64,000 nt of DNA from NCBI RefSeq assembly GCF_964204645.1, contig NC_134025.1, positions 16,529,101-16,593,100 on the forward strand. Reading direction: 5' to 3'. The position numbers and the translations under genes were made by a program. The notes below the pieces were generated by a model. The model saw only the letters and a program-made list of their open reading frames with translations. It was not told where the DNA came from and searched no databases. Positions 40,816 to 52,599 of the stretch are shown one piece after another. Numbering within the stretch: position 1 is the first letter of the stretch; every line of letters starts with the position of its first letter. Source of the DNA: Tubulanus polymorphus (Eukaryota > Animalia > Nemertea).

Positions 40816-40817
40816 AT

Positions 40818-40827
40818 TGGTGGAGAA
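40818..40827 (+). promoter_or_regulatory. Primer binding site, tRNA-Ala type
   Basis: TGGTGGAGAA lies 2 nt after the LTR and is complementary to the eukaryotic tRNA-Ala 3' end (..UUCUCCACCA). Confidence 0.75.
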
Positions 40828-40851
40828 CCCGTGATCTCGCTACTTCTATCG

Positions 40852-42002
40852 ATGCCGCAGTCAAGTAATTATCAGTTACGAAGTACGGAACCAACGAGAC
40901 GAACATCTACTGAAACAGGCACAAAACCGACTGCCGCGACCTCCGCCACGAGACGGACATCTACTGACTCAACCGGAAAATCGACAACCGGCACTGTCGC
41001 GACCGGGATGCAAGTAATGCAACAAGCTGCTGGGGAGAACATGGAGAACAGAACGCCTAAATTACCAAAATTTGAGGGGCAGAATGCAAATATTTGGTGG
41101 TCTCGCTGGATGACACATGCCGCTTTGATGAATTACACCGATGGTCAAAAACTTAAGTTTTTTCCGGCTCATCTCGGAGATTCCGTATATCTCTGGTTCA
41201 TGGGTGTAGACGATGTAACCAAGTCCACGTGGCCAACGTTAGAACAAGTGTTTAAGTCTCGATTCTTGCCGCAAGGAATAAATCTTACTCTATTCAGTGA
41301 CAGTCAAAAACCGAATGAGTCGGCACAGGTATTCATAGATCGGATAAGAGAAAAAGCCGCATCATCGCAGGTTGATGACAGAATAGCGTTACAACTGGTA
41401 CTCAATGGGCTAAAGCCGCAACTTAAAGCCCACGTGTTACCGCATAACCCAAAAACTATGGCAGATTTAATTCAACAAGTTCGTTTAGCCGATGCGTTAC
41501 TTGACATTACCCCGGCAACTACCGAGGTTGCTGGCCTGGAAACTCTTGTAGCTTCAGTTACGGAGTTAGCACAACAAATGACTGCCCTGCGTACCGAAAT
41601 GCAGACGGTGAAGGAAATTAACGCTATCAGATCGTCACAACAGAACTTTACCAAACAAACACACCACAATTACGGTTACGCAAACCGTACAAATCAATTT
41701 CCACGACCGATCACTAAGTACCGAACGCAAAAGCAATCTCGACAGCAACAACAGTATCGACCGCGACCACAGTGTCAGCAACGACAACAGTATCAACCGC
41801 AACAACAGTATGATCTGCAACCCAGCGACAACAGCCAGTTACAACAGTTCCAACAACACATTAGACCAACAAATGCCGTGGGTGTGGTAAGTACTGTATC
41901 TCTCGCCAAAGATGTTCCGCGTATGGCAAACAATGCTATAAGTGTGGCAAATTGAATCATTTCGGTAACGTGTGTGGTCAAAATCGACAAAACCCTTGCT
42001 AG
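40852..42002 (+). CDS. gag: Gag (one frameshift near 41865)
   Basis: Capsid-like KLPKFEG...W..L...F..RF..Q.PNES. The CCHC knuckle CYKCGKLNHFGNVC is in the -1 frame and ends at TAG 42000-42002. Confidence 0.85.
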
Positions 42003-45000
42003 GGGTGCGCGCCTATCCGAAGGCATCAAAAACCTCTGGATGGGCACTCACTACCTGTGGCAATCACAATAAAGTCACCAATGGAAGGTAATACAATCCT
42101 TGTGAAAATCAATGATAAACCAAACAATATCAAAACTCTTGTTGATTCTGGAGCATCTGTTTCGTGCATCCATTACTCGCTCCTGACCAGTTTGAACATT
42201 TCTCAGTCGTGTATTCAACCTGCCTCAATTAATATGGTCAGTGGTGTTGGAGGACAGAAAATTCCTGTTCATGGTAAAATCAAACTCGCAGTTAAAATCC
42301 AGGGAGCTGCTTTCCATCATGACTTTATTGTACTATCTGATCGTCAATATCAACTTATTCTAGGTGACGATTTCTTGCTTAAAAACCAAGCACAAATCAA
42401 ATATCACAACAACTCTCGTACATTAACTTTATGTGATGACACTGTCTATGTACCACTTACATGTAGCGCAGCTGGACTCACTCGTGCAATTCGGTCAGTT
42501 GATTTACCTCCTAGATCAAAAACTGATTTACCAGTCCATCTGTCGCACATTCCTGACAAGTGCGTGGCACTACTCGAACCTCATCAGACTTTGAAAGTCA
42601 GAGATATAGCTGGTTCTAGGTGTGTCATTACTGTTGATAATGGCAAAGCTACTATGAGTATCATTCACCCTACTACACAATACATAACTCTAAAACGCAA
42701 TGACGTATTGGGTCACGTAGCCGTTATCGAAGAGAGTGACGTGATTAATTTTGATGACACATCCCCGCCTCATTTGGGTGATAAAGTTGACGAGCGTAGT
42801 GAGCCCTTGAAATTCAATATATCTTCCGACTTGTCCGTGCTGGAAAAGCAAAAGTTAGAAACATTCTTGCGCGAAAATAAGGATTTATTTTCAGACAATC
42901 TCTATAATTTAGGCAAAACAGATAGAGTTTCGCATGATATTGAAACGTTCCCCGATTTAAGTCCAGTACGCATGCCGCCGTACAGACCCACACCAGATGG
43001 AAAAGTAGAATTAGAAAAACAGTTGGACGAAATGCTAAAAGCAGGCATTTGTTCTCACTCAAACTCGCACTGGCATAGTCCCGTAGTATTAGCTAAAAAG
43101 AAAAACGGCACATGGCGTTTTTGCGTTGATTATCGAAAATTAAACCAAATAACGAAACCGATGAATTTTCCATTGCCGAAAATCGACGATGCAATAGACG
43201 CGATCGCAGCTACAAATGCCAAATATTTCACAACATTGGATCTGAGTAGCGGATTTTGGCAAGTACCCTTAAGTCCTGAGTCTAGACATAAGGCTGCGTT
43301 CATCACTCACCATGGAATATTTGAGTGGAACCGCCTTCCATTCGGTCTACGTAACAGTCCTATAACGTTCCAAACCCTAATGGCTGATGTATTACGAGGG
43401 GTTAATTTCAAAATAGCGTTGTGTTACGTAGATGATATTCTAATCTTCAGTCGAGATTTTGATACTCATCTGAAAGACATCTTAGAAGTATTCAATCGAT
43501 TACGTAAAGCAGGCCTCACCTTGAAAGCTAGTAAATGTTGTTTTGCCATGCCTTCCGTAACATACTTAGGCTATGTAATGTTGAGAGACGGAATTAAAAC
43601 CGACCCTGCAAAAACCGATGCGGTACGGACGTTTCCTGTACCTAAGTGTCAAAAAGATGTTCGTAGTTTTGTTGGCTTATGTAATTTCTACAGACGGTTC
43701 ATAAAAAACTTTTCAAACATTATGATTCCTTTGAACCGACTACTTCAAAAAGACGCGACATTCTATTGGTCTGATGATTGTCAACGGGCCTTTGAGGAAA
43801 TGAAATTGGCCTTGACAAGTTCACCTACGCTAGGTTATCCTGATTTGAACAAACCTTTCATTCTTACCACTGATGCTTCAAAAGTAGCCATTAGTTATAT
43901 TCTAAGTCAGAAAAATTCAGATGGCAGAGAACATCCCATTGCATATGGAGGTCGTAGTCTAAGAGATAATGAAAAACGCTGGTCAGTTTCAGACCAGGAG
44001 TGTTTAGCTGTTGTGGAAGGAATTTCTGCTTATAAAGTTTATCTGAGTAATCAAAAGTTCACGATCGTCACTGATCATCAAGCCCTCAAATGGCTAGATA
44101 AAGTCAAAAATAATAGTAATCGCCTACACCAATGGTCACTGACACTGCAATTTTATAACTTCGAGGTACAACATAGGCATGGATCCAAGAATGTGAATGC
44201 AGATGTCTTATCGAGACGAGAATATGATACTAAAGATGAAATTTGTTTTAGTGCGACAACTATTTCTTCGGACATCCCAGAAGACGGACATGAAATAACA
44301 TTTCATTATCATACTGACCCCTCACCTCCTGTTATAGCTACTCTCACAGACTCACCTGACCCAGTTCAGCTTCCCCCTGGCATAACTTCTTTACCAGAGA
44401 TTGCCAAGTTACAGTCAGAATGTACTGGTTTCAAAGATATCTACGTATATCTTACTGACAAAACCTTGCCAGATGACCCTAAGCAGGCCCGATTAGTTAC
44501 CTTTCTGGCTGAACAATACGAGATAATCGACGGTACCTTGTTTCATTTTTATCAACCGCTTTCAAAGAAAAGTCAAGGTCGCGTGTCGCACAGACAATTA
44601 GCTGTACCTTCGAAATATAGAGACACTGTACTCAATGATTATCACACAGCACTCGCAGGTGGTGGTCATCAAGGAGTTGACAGAACTTATGGCGCCATTT
44701 GCGTAAAATATTTTTGGCCAAGGATGTATAAAGATATCTGTAACTATGTTTCATACTGTGATCCATGTCAGAGAAGCAAAATCGACCGCAAAGCAAAACC
44801 GGCTCCACTTCATCCTCTCCGTGTAACGGACACATTCCAGCGGATACATATGGATATCCTGGGTCCATTAACTCAAACGAAAGACGGTTACAAATATATT
44901 CTTCTTGTGGTAGATAGTTACACAAGATGGCCTGAGGCATTTCCACTAAAGTCTCAAGATGCTACTGAAGTTGCTAATTTAGTTAAAGAAATATTTATGC

Positions 45001-46009
45001 GCTATGGTTCGCCAAGGACTCTAGTAACGGATAGAGGTCAAAACTTCTGTTCCAAGCTGGTAGAAGCAATTTGTGAAATCTTCAAAGTAAAACATTACAC
45101 AACTACAGCCTACCACCCTGAATCTAACGCGACTTGCGAAAGACAAAACTCGACAATCGCACAATCATTACGGGCATATTGCGATGAAGACCACAATAAC
45201 TGGCCACATTTACTCCCTGGTATCATGATACACAATCAACAGGTTTCTCTCCTTATACAATGTTATTTGGAAAAGAAATGTTAAGACCCGACGATGTTGA
45301 CCTGATACCTAAACAAAATATGGGATCTACGGCTAAAGAGCACGTAAAACAACTTCTGGAATCGCTAAAAGTCACAAAGTCCATTGCGGATAAAAATCTC
45401 GATGAAACACAAACTGCCATGAAAACACGCTTTGATAAAAAAGCTGTGCAACCACAATTCAAAGAGGGAGACAAAGTTCTCTTACAAAGAAAACAAAGCC
45501 GCATAGGTAAATCTCGGAAACTTGAACCGAAATGGATCGGCCCATTTAATATTTCAAGAGTTTGCAAAAATGATACTTATCAATTACAACGATGCAGTGA
45601 CAATGTTGTGCTCAACACTAAGTTTCATGCAAACAGACTTAAGCCGTATTGTACAAAACCACACTCAACAACACCACTCGATGGTGGCGGTCCTGAAATT
45701 CACAAAGATAGTGAAACATCATTGACACCTGACACTGTTCACGACAATGGTCCAATCCAAAAGCCTTTACAGGACTCAGACGTAGTTAAGATTATATGTG
45801 GGAGACACTATCAAAAACAACTATGGTATCGTGTCAAATTAAGAAACCAAAGAAACTCACAGTGGTTTCGTGAACATGACCTTCCGGAAGCAATAAGAAA
45901 AAGATTCCATGCGAATTATACCTTGCATGGCCGGAAAAAAAAAAGTAAAACAACGTTCTTTGTTACTACACAGAACCAACTATCTAGACAACAATCTGAC
46001 GGTACTTAA
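42003..46009 (+). CDS. pol: Pol: protease, RT, RNase H, integrase, chromo-like tail (frameshifting deletion near 45228)
   Basis: LVDSGAS; YVDDILIFS; TTDAS; H..H..CDPC; MDILG..TDRGQNF..CERQN; GPY/F-type KWIGPF in ORF 45260-46009. Confidence 0.93.
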
Positions 46010-46524
46010 ATAGTCGGTGACGACAGCTTGATTACCTGATAATTCTCAATTCATTTCTACCATCCATCTCATTTCACTACGACTTCTGTGCTATGAACTG
46101 ACTGCAGCAGTTCCCGTCGCGCATATACACATTTATCATCTCAACTCTTTCTACAAATCCTCAGAACTGGAAATTTCATGGTCGTATCATTCTTGTCTGT
46201 CATAGGGTTATCTAACTTCAGTTGGCTGAACACAATATATTACTTGTCACAACTTATCCACTCAACCTACAAGAACTGAAATGTCACTTAGTCTATGTAT
46301 ATGCATTATATAAGTCGATGACCACGACGCGGCCATATATCTAGAAAATTATTATCTTGGCATGATACGGTACTTATTACTTTATATAGAATGTGCATTC
46401 TAATCTCATTTAATCAAGTGCTAATTTTAGTAACTTCATTACAGGTTATAGCACCATAATAAGATTTCTGTTATCTGTACATGATGTATATGTCAACTTA
46501 TTTTGCGGGTGCAAATTTTTACGC

Positions 46525-46534
46525 AGCAGGGGGG
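46525..46534 (+). promoter_or_regulatory. Polypurine tract
   Basis: agcagggggg lies 2 nt before the 3' LTR. Confidence 0.75.
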
Positions 46535-46536
46535 TA

Positions 46537-47362
46537 TATTATAGGGTATATTATATGGTATATTATCAAGTATGTTATAGGGAATTAAAGGGTTGTATTG
46601 GTCTCCAAATATATTGCATTAGTAATTCCATTTTTAATTATCATGTATTATTATTATGTACAGGATTATATATATTTGTAGCTAGTAACCACAGAAAAGA
46701 CTTTTCCTATTTATCTAATCAACTAATTAACAAATGTTTGCCAATTATTACACTTAAACATGTCTTAAACCTATTCAATGATTATCTATATGTTAGTGTT
46801 CATAAAACCAGTGACTGTAACTATATTCTCTAGTAAACAATGTTGCTACAGACTGAGTGACTCTTGTAATTAAGTTGAACAGTTAAAGTTATTTCTACCA
46901 CTGTAAAACAAAGACTGACCAATCGTACACGAGGGTTTGACCAGTCATCTTGGGGGAGTGGCCTAAATCATCTTCCTGTGGTTTGGCTCGGGTTAGGTCA
47001 TTCTACCTCTGGACGTAAAATAAACTGGTCATATTCTATATATTTGTTTATCATCAATTTTAGGTAAGTCAGTCTTTGCATGTTTCAACTATGTATTTTG
47101 TATATTGTATTTAACTAAAACATCATAATATAGGCCTAGATAAACTTTACTGTATTTGACTCATTTAGATTCACTATATCATAATCATTCAACCTTCATT
47201 TTAATCATCTATAGTTCTATCATATTCAAAACATTATGTACACCTATCATATCTATTACACTGTAAAATGCATTCTACCTCTGGACGTAAAATAAACTGG
47301 TCATATTTTATATATTTGTTTATCATCAATTTTAGTGAATCTTGACGAACCCGACTATAATA
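46537..47362 (+). repeat. 3' LTR
   Basis: Direct repeat of 39983-40815, followed by TSD ATAG. Confidence 0.95.
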
Positions 47363-48414
47363 ATAGTTTCATATTTTTTCCAATTTCAGCGACAGTGCCT
47401 TGCACATTTCAGCTGACATGGTTAACAATCGATGATTTCAAGGATTGGTTGCAAGAAGATCCAGCTGACCAAAGTATTGCTAAATGCAAAGTCTTTAAGA
47501 CTACGTTTAGCATTGCATCAATGGGTCGCCAGGCACTTAATTCCCATTCGATGGAAAAAAACATGTACAATATTTAAAAATTCATAGAGATGTAAACAAT
47601 ACTGGTCAAAATATAACTGGTTTTTACGGTTTGTCACACGCCGATTATTACCACTTCGTCTCCACGTTCAGTTCTTTTACAGAAATCTGATTTTTCGACT
47701 GCTGAGATTCGGCGATGTTTAGATATGGTTGATTGTAATTAGTCATTTTATGGCAACAACAAAAGCGAAGGATTTATGGAAAAATGTTTCCAGATTCAAA
47801 CATTGCAAAATCGTATAAATGTTCAGAGACGAAAAGCATGTATGTCACTTTGCTTCGGTTTGGCCCCACACTTTGTCCCCTTACTTTCGGGTACTTCTAA
47901 AGTACGAAACTACGAAATTAAGAAATATGCAACGAAATTACGAAATATGAAACGAAATTACGAAATGCTAAAGTACGAAACGAAATACTATACGAAATGC
48001 TAAACTACGAAACAAAATGGTCATTTTTTCGCGGGTCCTGCTGAAGTATAAAATGAAATACGAAACGAAAATTTTGTAATTTTTTGCGCTATAGCAGCGG
48101 ATTCTAGGAGCTGGCTTAAACATGCGCACCCGGTCTAGTGTGGCAGGGTTCCGTGCCGCGACTGAGTTTAGCGATGCCATCAGGGAGAATGATCTGCGCA
48201 TGCTCATATACAACTGGAAGGTAGCGATTGATAAATTACGGGTTAGAGAACGAAGTGTGCCTTAAAATATATCCTGCAGTGTTTAGGCTAAAAATTTGAT
48301 ACCTCGTTTCTCCTCTGCTGAGGAGCTTAAAAGTCTGGATTTTGCAAGGGATGCAGATTCGAAAAGAAAATTCACGGCCGGAATTTTTCAAATTGCTCGT
48401 CACTACGCTGTTAA

Positions 48415-49217
48415 CACGTTGACTGCCATCTACAAGATATCTCGTAGTAGCAGGTGTACCGCTCCTTGCCACTACGAGATATCTCGTAGTAAGCCCGGAG
48501 TGAATGAATTCATTTTTTTTCTGTTTGGCAATGTGGATAACAACATAAGTCTGGCAACTCAGATAAACAAGTAATTTTTAAAAAATCAATAACTAACTTT
48601 TTTTATCAATTCTTTATTTATTTATGAACATCTAAAAAATCAAATTATATTACGTGATTATTTTCACATCAAAGTTTATAAGGCATCAAACGCTTATCAA
48701 ATACCTTTCCTAATTGGAAAGAAATGATTCACCTCACTGTGAATCGATAATAAACATAGTACAATAGAAATTATAGCATTGTTGTCATGGCATTTCTTTA
48801 GTTTTGTACATGGTATCTCCTGAAACAAGGGGTTACACATAATGCTGGTTTTCCAGGACAGACATCACAAACGTAACGTGTTTCTTTGCGGTTACCATCT
48901 CTTCTGCAAATGCGACATGGCTTTGTGGGGTATTGCTTTCTATCTGATGGAGGAACACATGCAAGATAGTGAAATGCTGCTGGAACATCTGGGTTTAGGG
49001 AAGGGGGAACGAGTCTCGTAGCTGGCAACTGGTATAAAACGTTTACCCCCACTGCCAACTACGAGACTCGATTCAACTCTGTTTTCACCATATAATAGGT
49101 GTAATACATGCATTAAATGCAATAAAAATCAATATATGTGGTTTCCGCCTACTTTTCGTTGATTGGTGAAATTGGCAATGTTGAGAAAAAAAAAATTTTT
49201 TAGTGGCAGTCAACGTG
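48415..49217 (-). mobile_element. Internally deleted piggyBac
   Basis: TTAA TSD (48411-48414, 49218-49221), perfect 14-bp TIR cacgttgactgcca, subterminal ctacgagatatctcgtag palindromes. Confidence 0.9.
48798..49030 (-). pseudogene. piggyBac transposase C-terminal cysteine-rich domain only
   Basis: H....P...PTKPCRICRRDGNRKETRYVCDVCPGKPALCVTPCFRRYH. Confidence 0.85.
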
Positions 49218-50574
49218 TTAAGCGGTAAAAAGATCGTCATGTAGTCCATGTGTAGGGCCTATCATTTCACTATGCTTTACCGCGTCTGAGTTCGTGGAAA
49301 TGGCGCAGCGTATTCATTATTTGTTTTTGAGAACATCCTACAAGTTTCTACTAATTGTAGACGTTCTTAAAACCCTCCAGTTTAAGAAAATAAATTCTTG
49401 AATATGGTACTTTCAAAAGATCATTTACATGCACCGCCGAGATTTTTACAGTCCCGTAGCGTCGTAACGAGCTTTGACCATAGTATGGGCGTGTGTTTGA
49501 AATGTGACCATTTCGTTTCGTATTTCGGTTCGTATTTCAGCACTACTGGCAAAAAAATTTCCATTTCGTAGTTTCGTAATTTCGCTTCATATTTCGTAAT
49601 TTCGTAGTTTCGTACTTTAGCAGGACCCCTTACTTTCAGACCGTATCAAAAATTCTACCGGCTATGTTCTGTTGTTTGATGAAGCGTTCAATGAGTGATC
49701 TTCATCTTAAACAATTGGACTTGCATGTGAGACTGTGGCATAATAATCAGATCAGAACACGGTATTTAAGCTCTGAGTTCATGGGGCATGCCACTGCGAG
49801 TGACCTACTGACTGCATTTGAAAAACACGTTAAAAGTCAGCTTGGTTGTGGTAACTTGAATCAATTGTCGATGGATAGGCCCAATGTTAACTAGGCAGCT
49901 TTAGCAAAGTTGAAAGATAGAGTAGAGAAAATCTGTAAATAAACTTGTCATAAACCTGTCATAAACTTATTGATATTGGTTCATGTGGATTGCATATCCT
50001 ACATAACGTAGTTAAGTTTGCAGTTGGGGAGACTGGTTGGGACAATAAAAACGTTTGAAAGCTAAGCATACACTCTTCTTTGAGACAGCTGCTAGCAGCT
50101 GCTCAACTCATTGGAGAGAAATTATCTTATGTTGTCAACTACAGTGGACATCGGTGGATAGAAAATGGCAGAGCATGTGAACGTGCTATCAAAATTTTTC
50201 CTCATTTGGAAAAGTTTGTTGATGCTGTCAACGGGAATAAAATAAAAGGCCCTGCAACAGAATCTTTAAAAAAGTTAAGGATATGAATCTCGACCCATTT
50301 TCAATAGCCAAATTTGAATTCATAGTAGCTTTTCTTAAACCAATCGAAAGATTTTTAACATTGTATCAAACCGAAAAACCCATGGTACCATGTATGTGTC
50401 ATTACCTTGATAATTTGATAGTGTCAATACTGTCGTGAAAGTTATGTCCCTAAAAGTTAAGGAAAACTTGATGGATGTTAAAAATGTTGGCATCGGGTTT
50501 TTGGCACAAGAGCAGTTGTCGAATCTGCCAAATAAAGTGAGTGAAATACGTGTATCAGATTTTAAGCATAAGTG

Positions 50575-51130
50575 ACATTGCCGACATTGGGAAAGAGATA
50601 TCTAATGTAGTTTAGTTTTAATTGCCGACATTGGGAGAGATTTTTTATGTAGGTTAGTTTTACTAGCCGACATCGCCAACTGGGATCGAGGGCTGTTTGT
50701 GTGCGTGGATTACCCTTATATGAAGTGGCTGGGATCAAGGGGCTGGGTGTGTGCATGGATTACCCTATATAAAGTGGCTGGGGTCGAGGGGGTTGGTGCG
50801 TGCGTGGATTACCCTTAGATAAAGTGGCTGGGATGGAGGGGCTTGTAGTGTGCGTGGATTACCCTTATATAAAGTGGCTGGGACCGAGGGGCTGGGTGTG
50901 TGCGTGGATTACCCTTTATAGAGTGGCTGGGATCGAGGGGCATGGTGCGTGCATGGATTACCCTTATATGGAGTGACTAGGATCGAGGGGCTGGATGTTT
51001 GCGTGATTTACCCTTATATAAAGTGGCTGGGATCCGTCGATTCTAATGTCAGCAATGTCGTCAAGTAAAACTAACCTACATTAGATATCTCTTTTGCAAT
51101 GTCGGCGATGTCGGCAAGTAAAACTAGCCT
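50575..51130. mobile_element. Foldback-like element with repetitive inverted arms around a minisatellite
   Basis: gacattgccgacattg..agagatatctaatgtag..ttagtttt is inverted at 51045-51130. Confidence 0.65.
50682..51034 (+). repeat. 50-bp minisatellite, about 7 copies
   Basis: Unit gggatcgaggggctgggtgtgtgcgtggattacccttatataaagtggct. Confidence 0.92.
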
Positions 51131-52599
51131 ACGTCCAATTGCTGACACTTCTCACTGTATGATATCTTAACATTGCGTCTGAGAAGCCAAATCACAACTT
51201 CCATTTCTATATAATCATACACCGAAGGAACTACAATCCCATATACTATACTTGATCCCAGAAACTTTCCAGATAGAGCTTTCGTTTTAATAAACGGGCG
51301 CTGAAGGCGCCCAGAGGAAGTCCCTTTGATAAACGCGTACCGGTATATTTGGATACAACAAAGTTTCTTTTTAACCAAATCTGACTTACTGACTTAAGTC
51401 AGAAAAAAGGCATCGCATAAGGTTTGAGACTTCATGGGAGTGTTCTGGCAGAAGAAGTATTACGTCAATTTTAAAAGGGAACAAGAGATCCACGGATCTT
51501 AATATCTCGGGCGCAGAATGTTATCTTTATAATGTATAGTCGCCATCTGATTGATGCATCTTTAAGGTTTTCCTTGAACACATCGTGGTTGTGTAAAATC
51601 TGCTGATTTCGGTGAACAACATCATCGAAATCTAATCAGCAATCATCGCGGCAATACGGGAAATCGACAAATTCAAGTTCTTGAATTACTCATTTGATGG
51701 CACAAGTCAGAACCGGAAATTGGAACCTAATTCCGCCATGTTCATTTGCAATAAAGATCTCTCGCTTCAAGTTTTTAGTTAGCGATATTTTACTTACTAT
51801 ACAACGGCACGCATAATCCTTTGAGTATGATATCCTGACAACGTGTTGAATTCGATAAAACCTCACTTTGAACCCTAAAGATTACTAGAAATGTAAAAAA
51901 ACTACCAAAAATAACAAATTTAGCGATGACGCTCGAAGCAGCTAACGGAAGTAATGACCGGTGCCGGGTGTCATCACTTTGTTGTTGAGTTCAAGACTCT
52001 AAGGTAAATTTATTGCAGGCAACACTGATAAATATTAAATAATATTATGAAATAAAATTGATTTTAGAAGGACTAAACTCGTAGATTTATAATAAAAATA
52101 TGAAAAGTACCAGGACTTGAACCAACAATCTTAATTGGGCCGTCAAGTGCTGCCACCATGTGATACCTGGCAATCAGTCTTTACATCGTCAGCCGTTGCA
52201 AAATGTTTTTTGATAACTTTAGGACACTTATAGTGATTTCTAGCCTTTGCAGTGAGGTTTTGTCATATCCAACGTAGCGGTAGGATAACATATTTCAAGG
52301 ATTACGCGTGACGATATATAGTAAGTAAAACATCCCTCATTGAAAACTTGAAGCGAGAGATTTTCATCGCAAATGAACTAGACCATTGCGGATTTAGGTT
52401 CCAATTTCCGGTTCTGACTAGCGCCATCAAACGAGTAATTCAAGAACTTGAATTTGTCGATATCCTGTATACACGAGGTTTGGGCCTATTCGATTGTGCG
52501 CGCATAATCTTCCGTGAAGTAGCGTATCGATTGAATCTTCGGTTATTTGCATAATGAAATAGATATGGGGAGATGGAATCGATACTACGGCTATCAAAT

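Larger units (their letters stand above)
39983..47362 (+). mobile_element. Near full-length Ty3/Gypsy LTR retrotransposon
   Basis: Two ~830-bp LTRs, 4-bp TSD ATAG (39979-39982, 47363-47366), PBS, PPT, gag and PR-RT-RH-IN. Confidence 0.97.
47889..49628. mobile_element. Mutator-like non-autonomous element
   Basis: TIR gggt(a/c)ct(t/g)ctaaagtacgaaactacgaaatta at both ends, with TACGAAA repeats. 9-bp TSD cttactttc at 47880-47888 and 49629-49637. Confidence 0.85.
47390..50560 (+). pseudogene. Decayed hAT-like transposase, interrupted by nested elements
   Basis: WL..FKDWLQED...AKCKVF..FSIASMGRQALNSH (BED-like); GLAPHF..|..YVLLFDEAFN..KQLDLHVRLW..RYLSSEFMGHATA..LSMD.PNVN; GSCGLHILHN; HRWIEN. Confidence 0.7.

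Noticed and set aside
40795-40851. Predicted TTG start of gag
   Set aside because: It lies in the LTR/PBS; ATG 40852 or a later ATG is more plausible.
46010-46524. env gene in the Gypsy 3' region
   Set aside because: The region is only ~500 bp with no ORF.
52105-52175. tRNA gene (B-box on the minus strand; similar motif near 59000)
   Set aside because: No cloverleaf can be built; at most a decayed SINE head.
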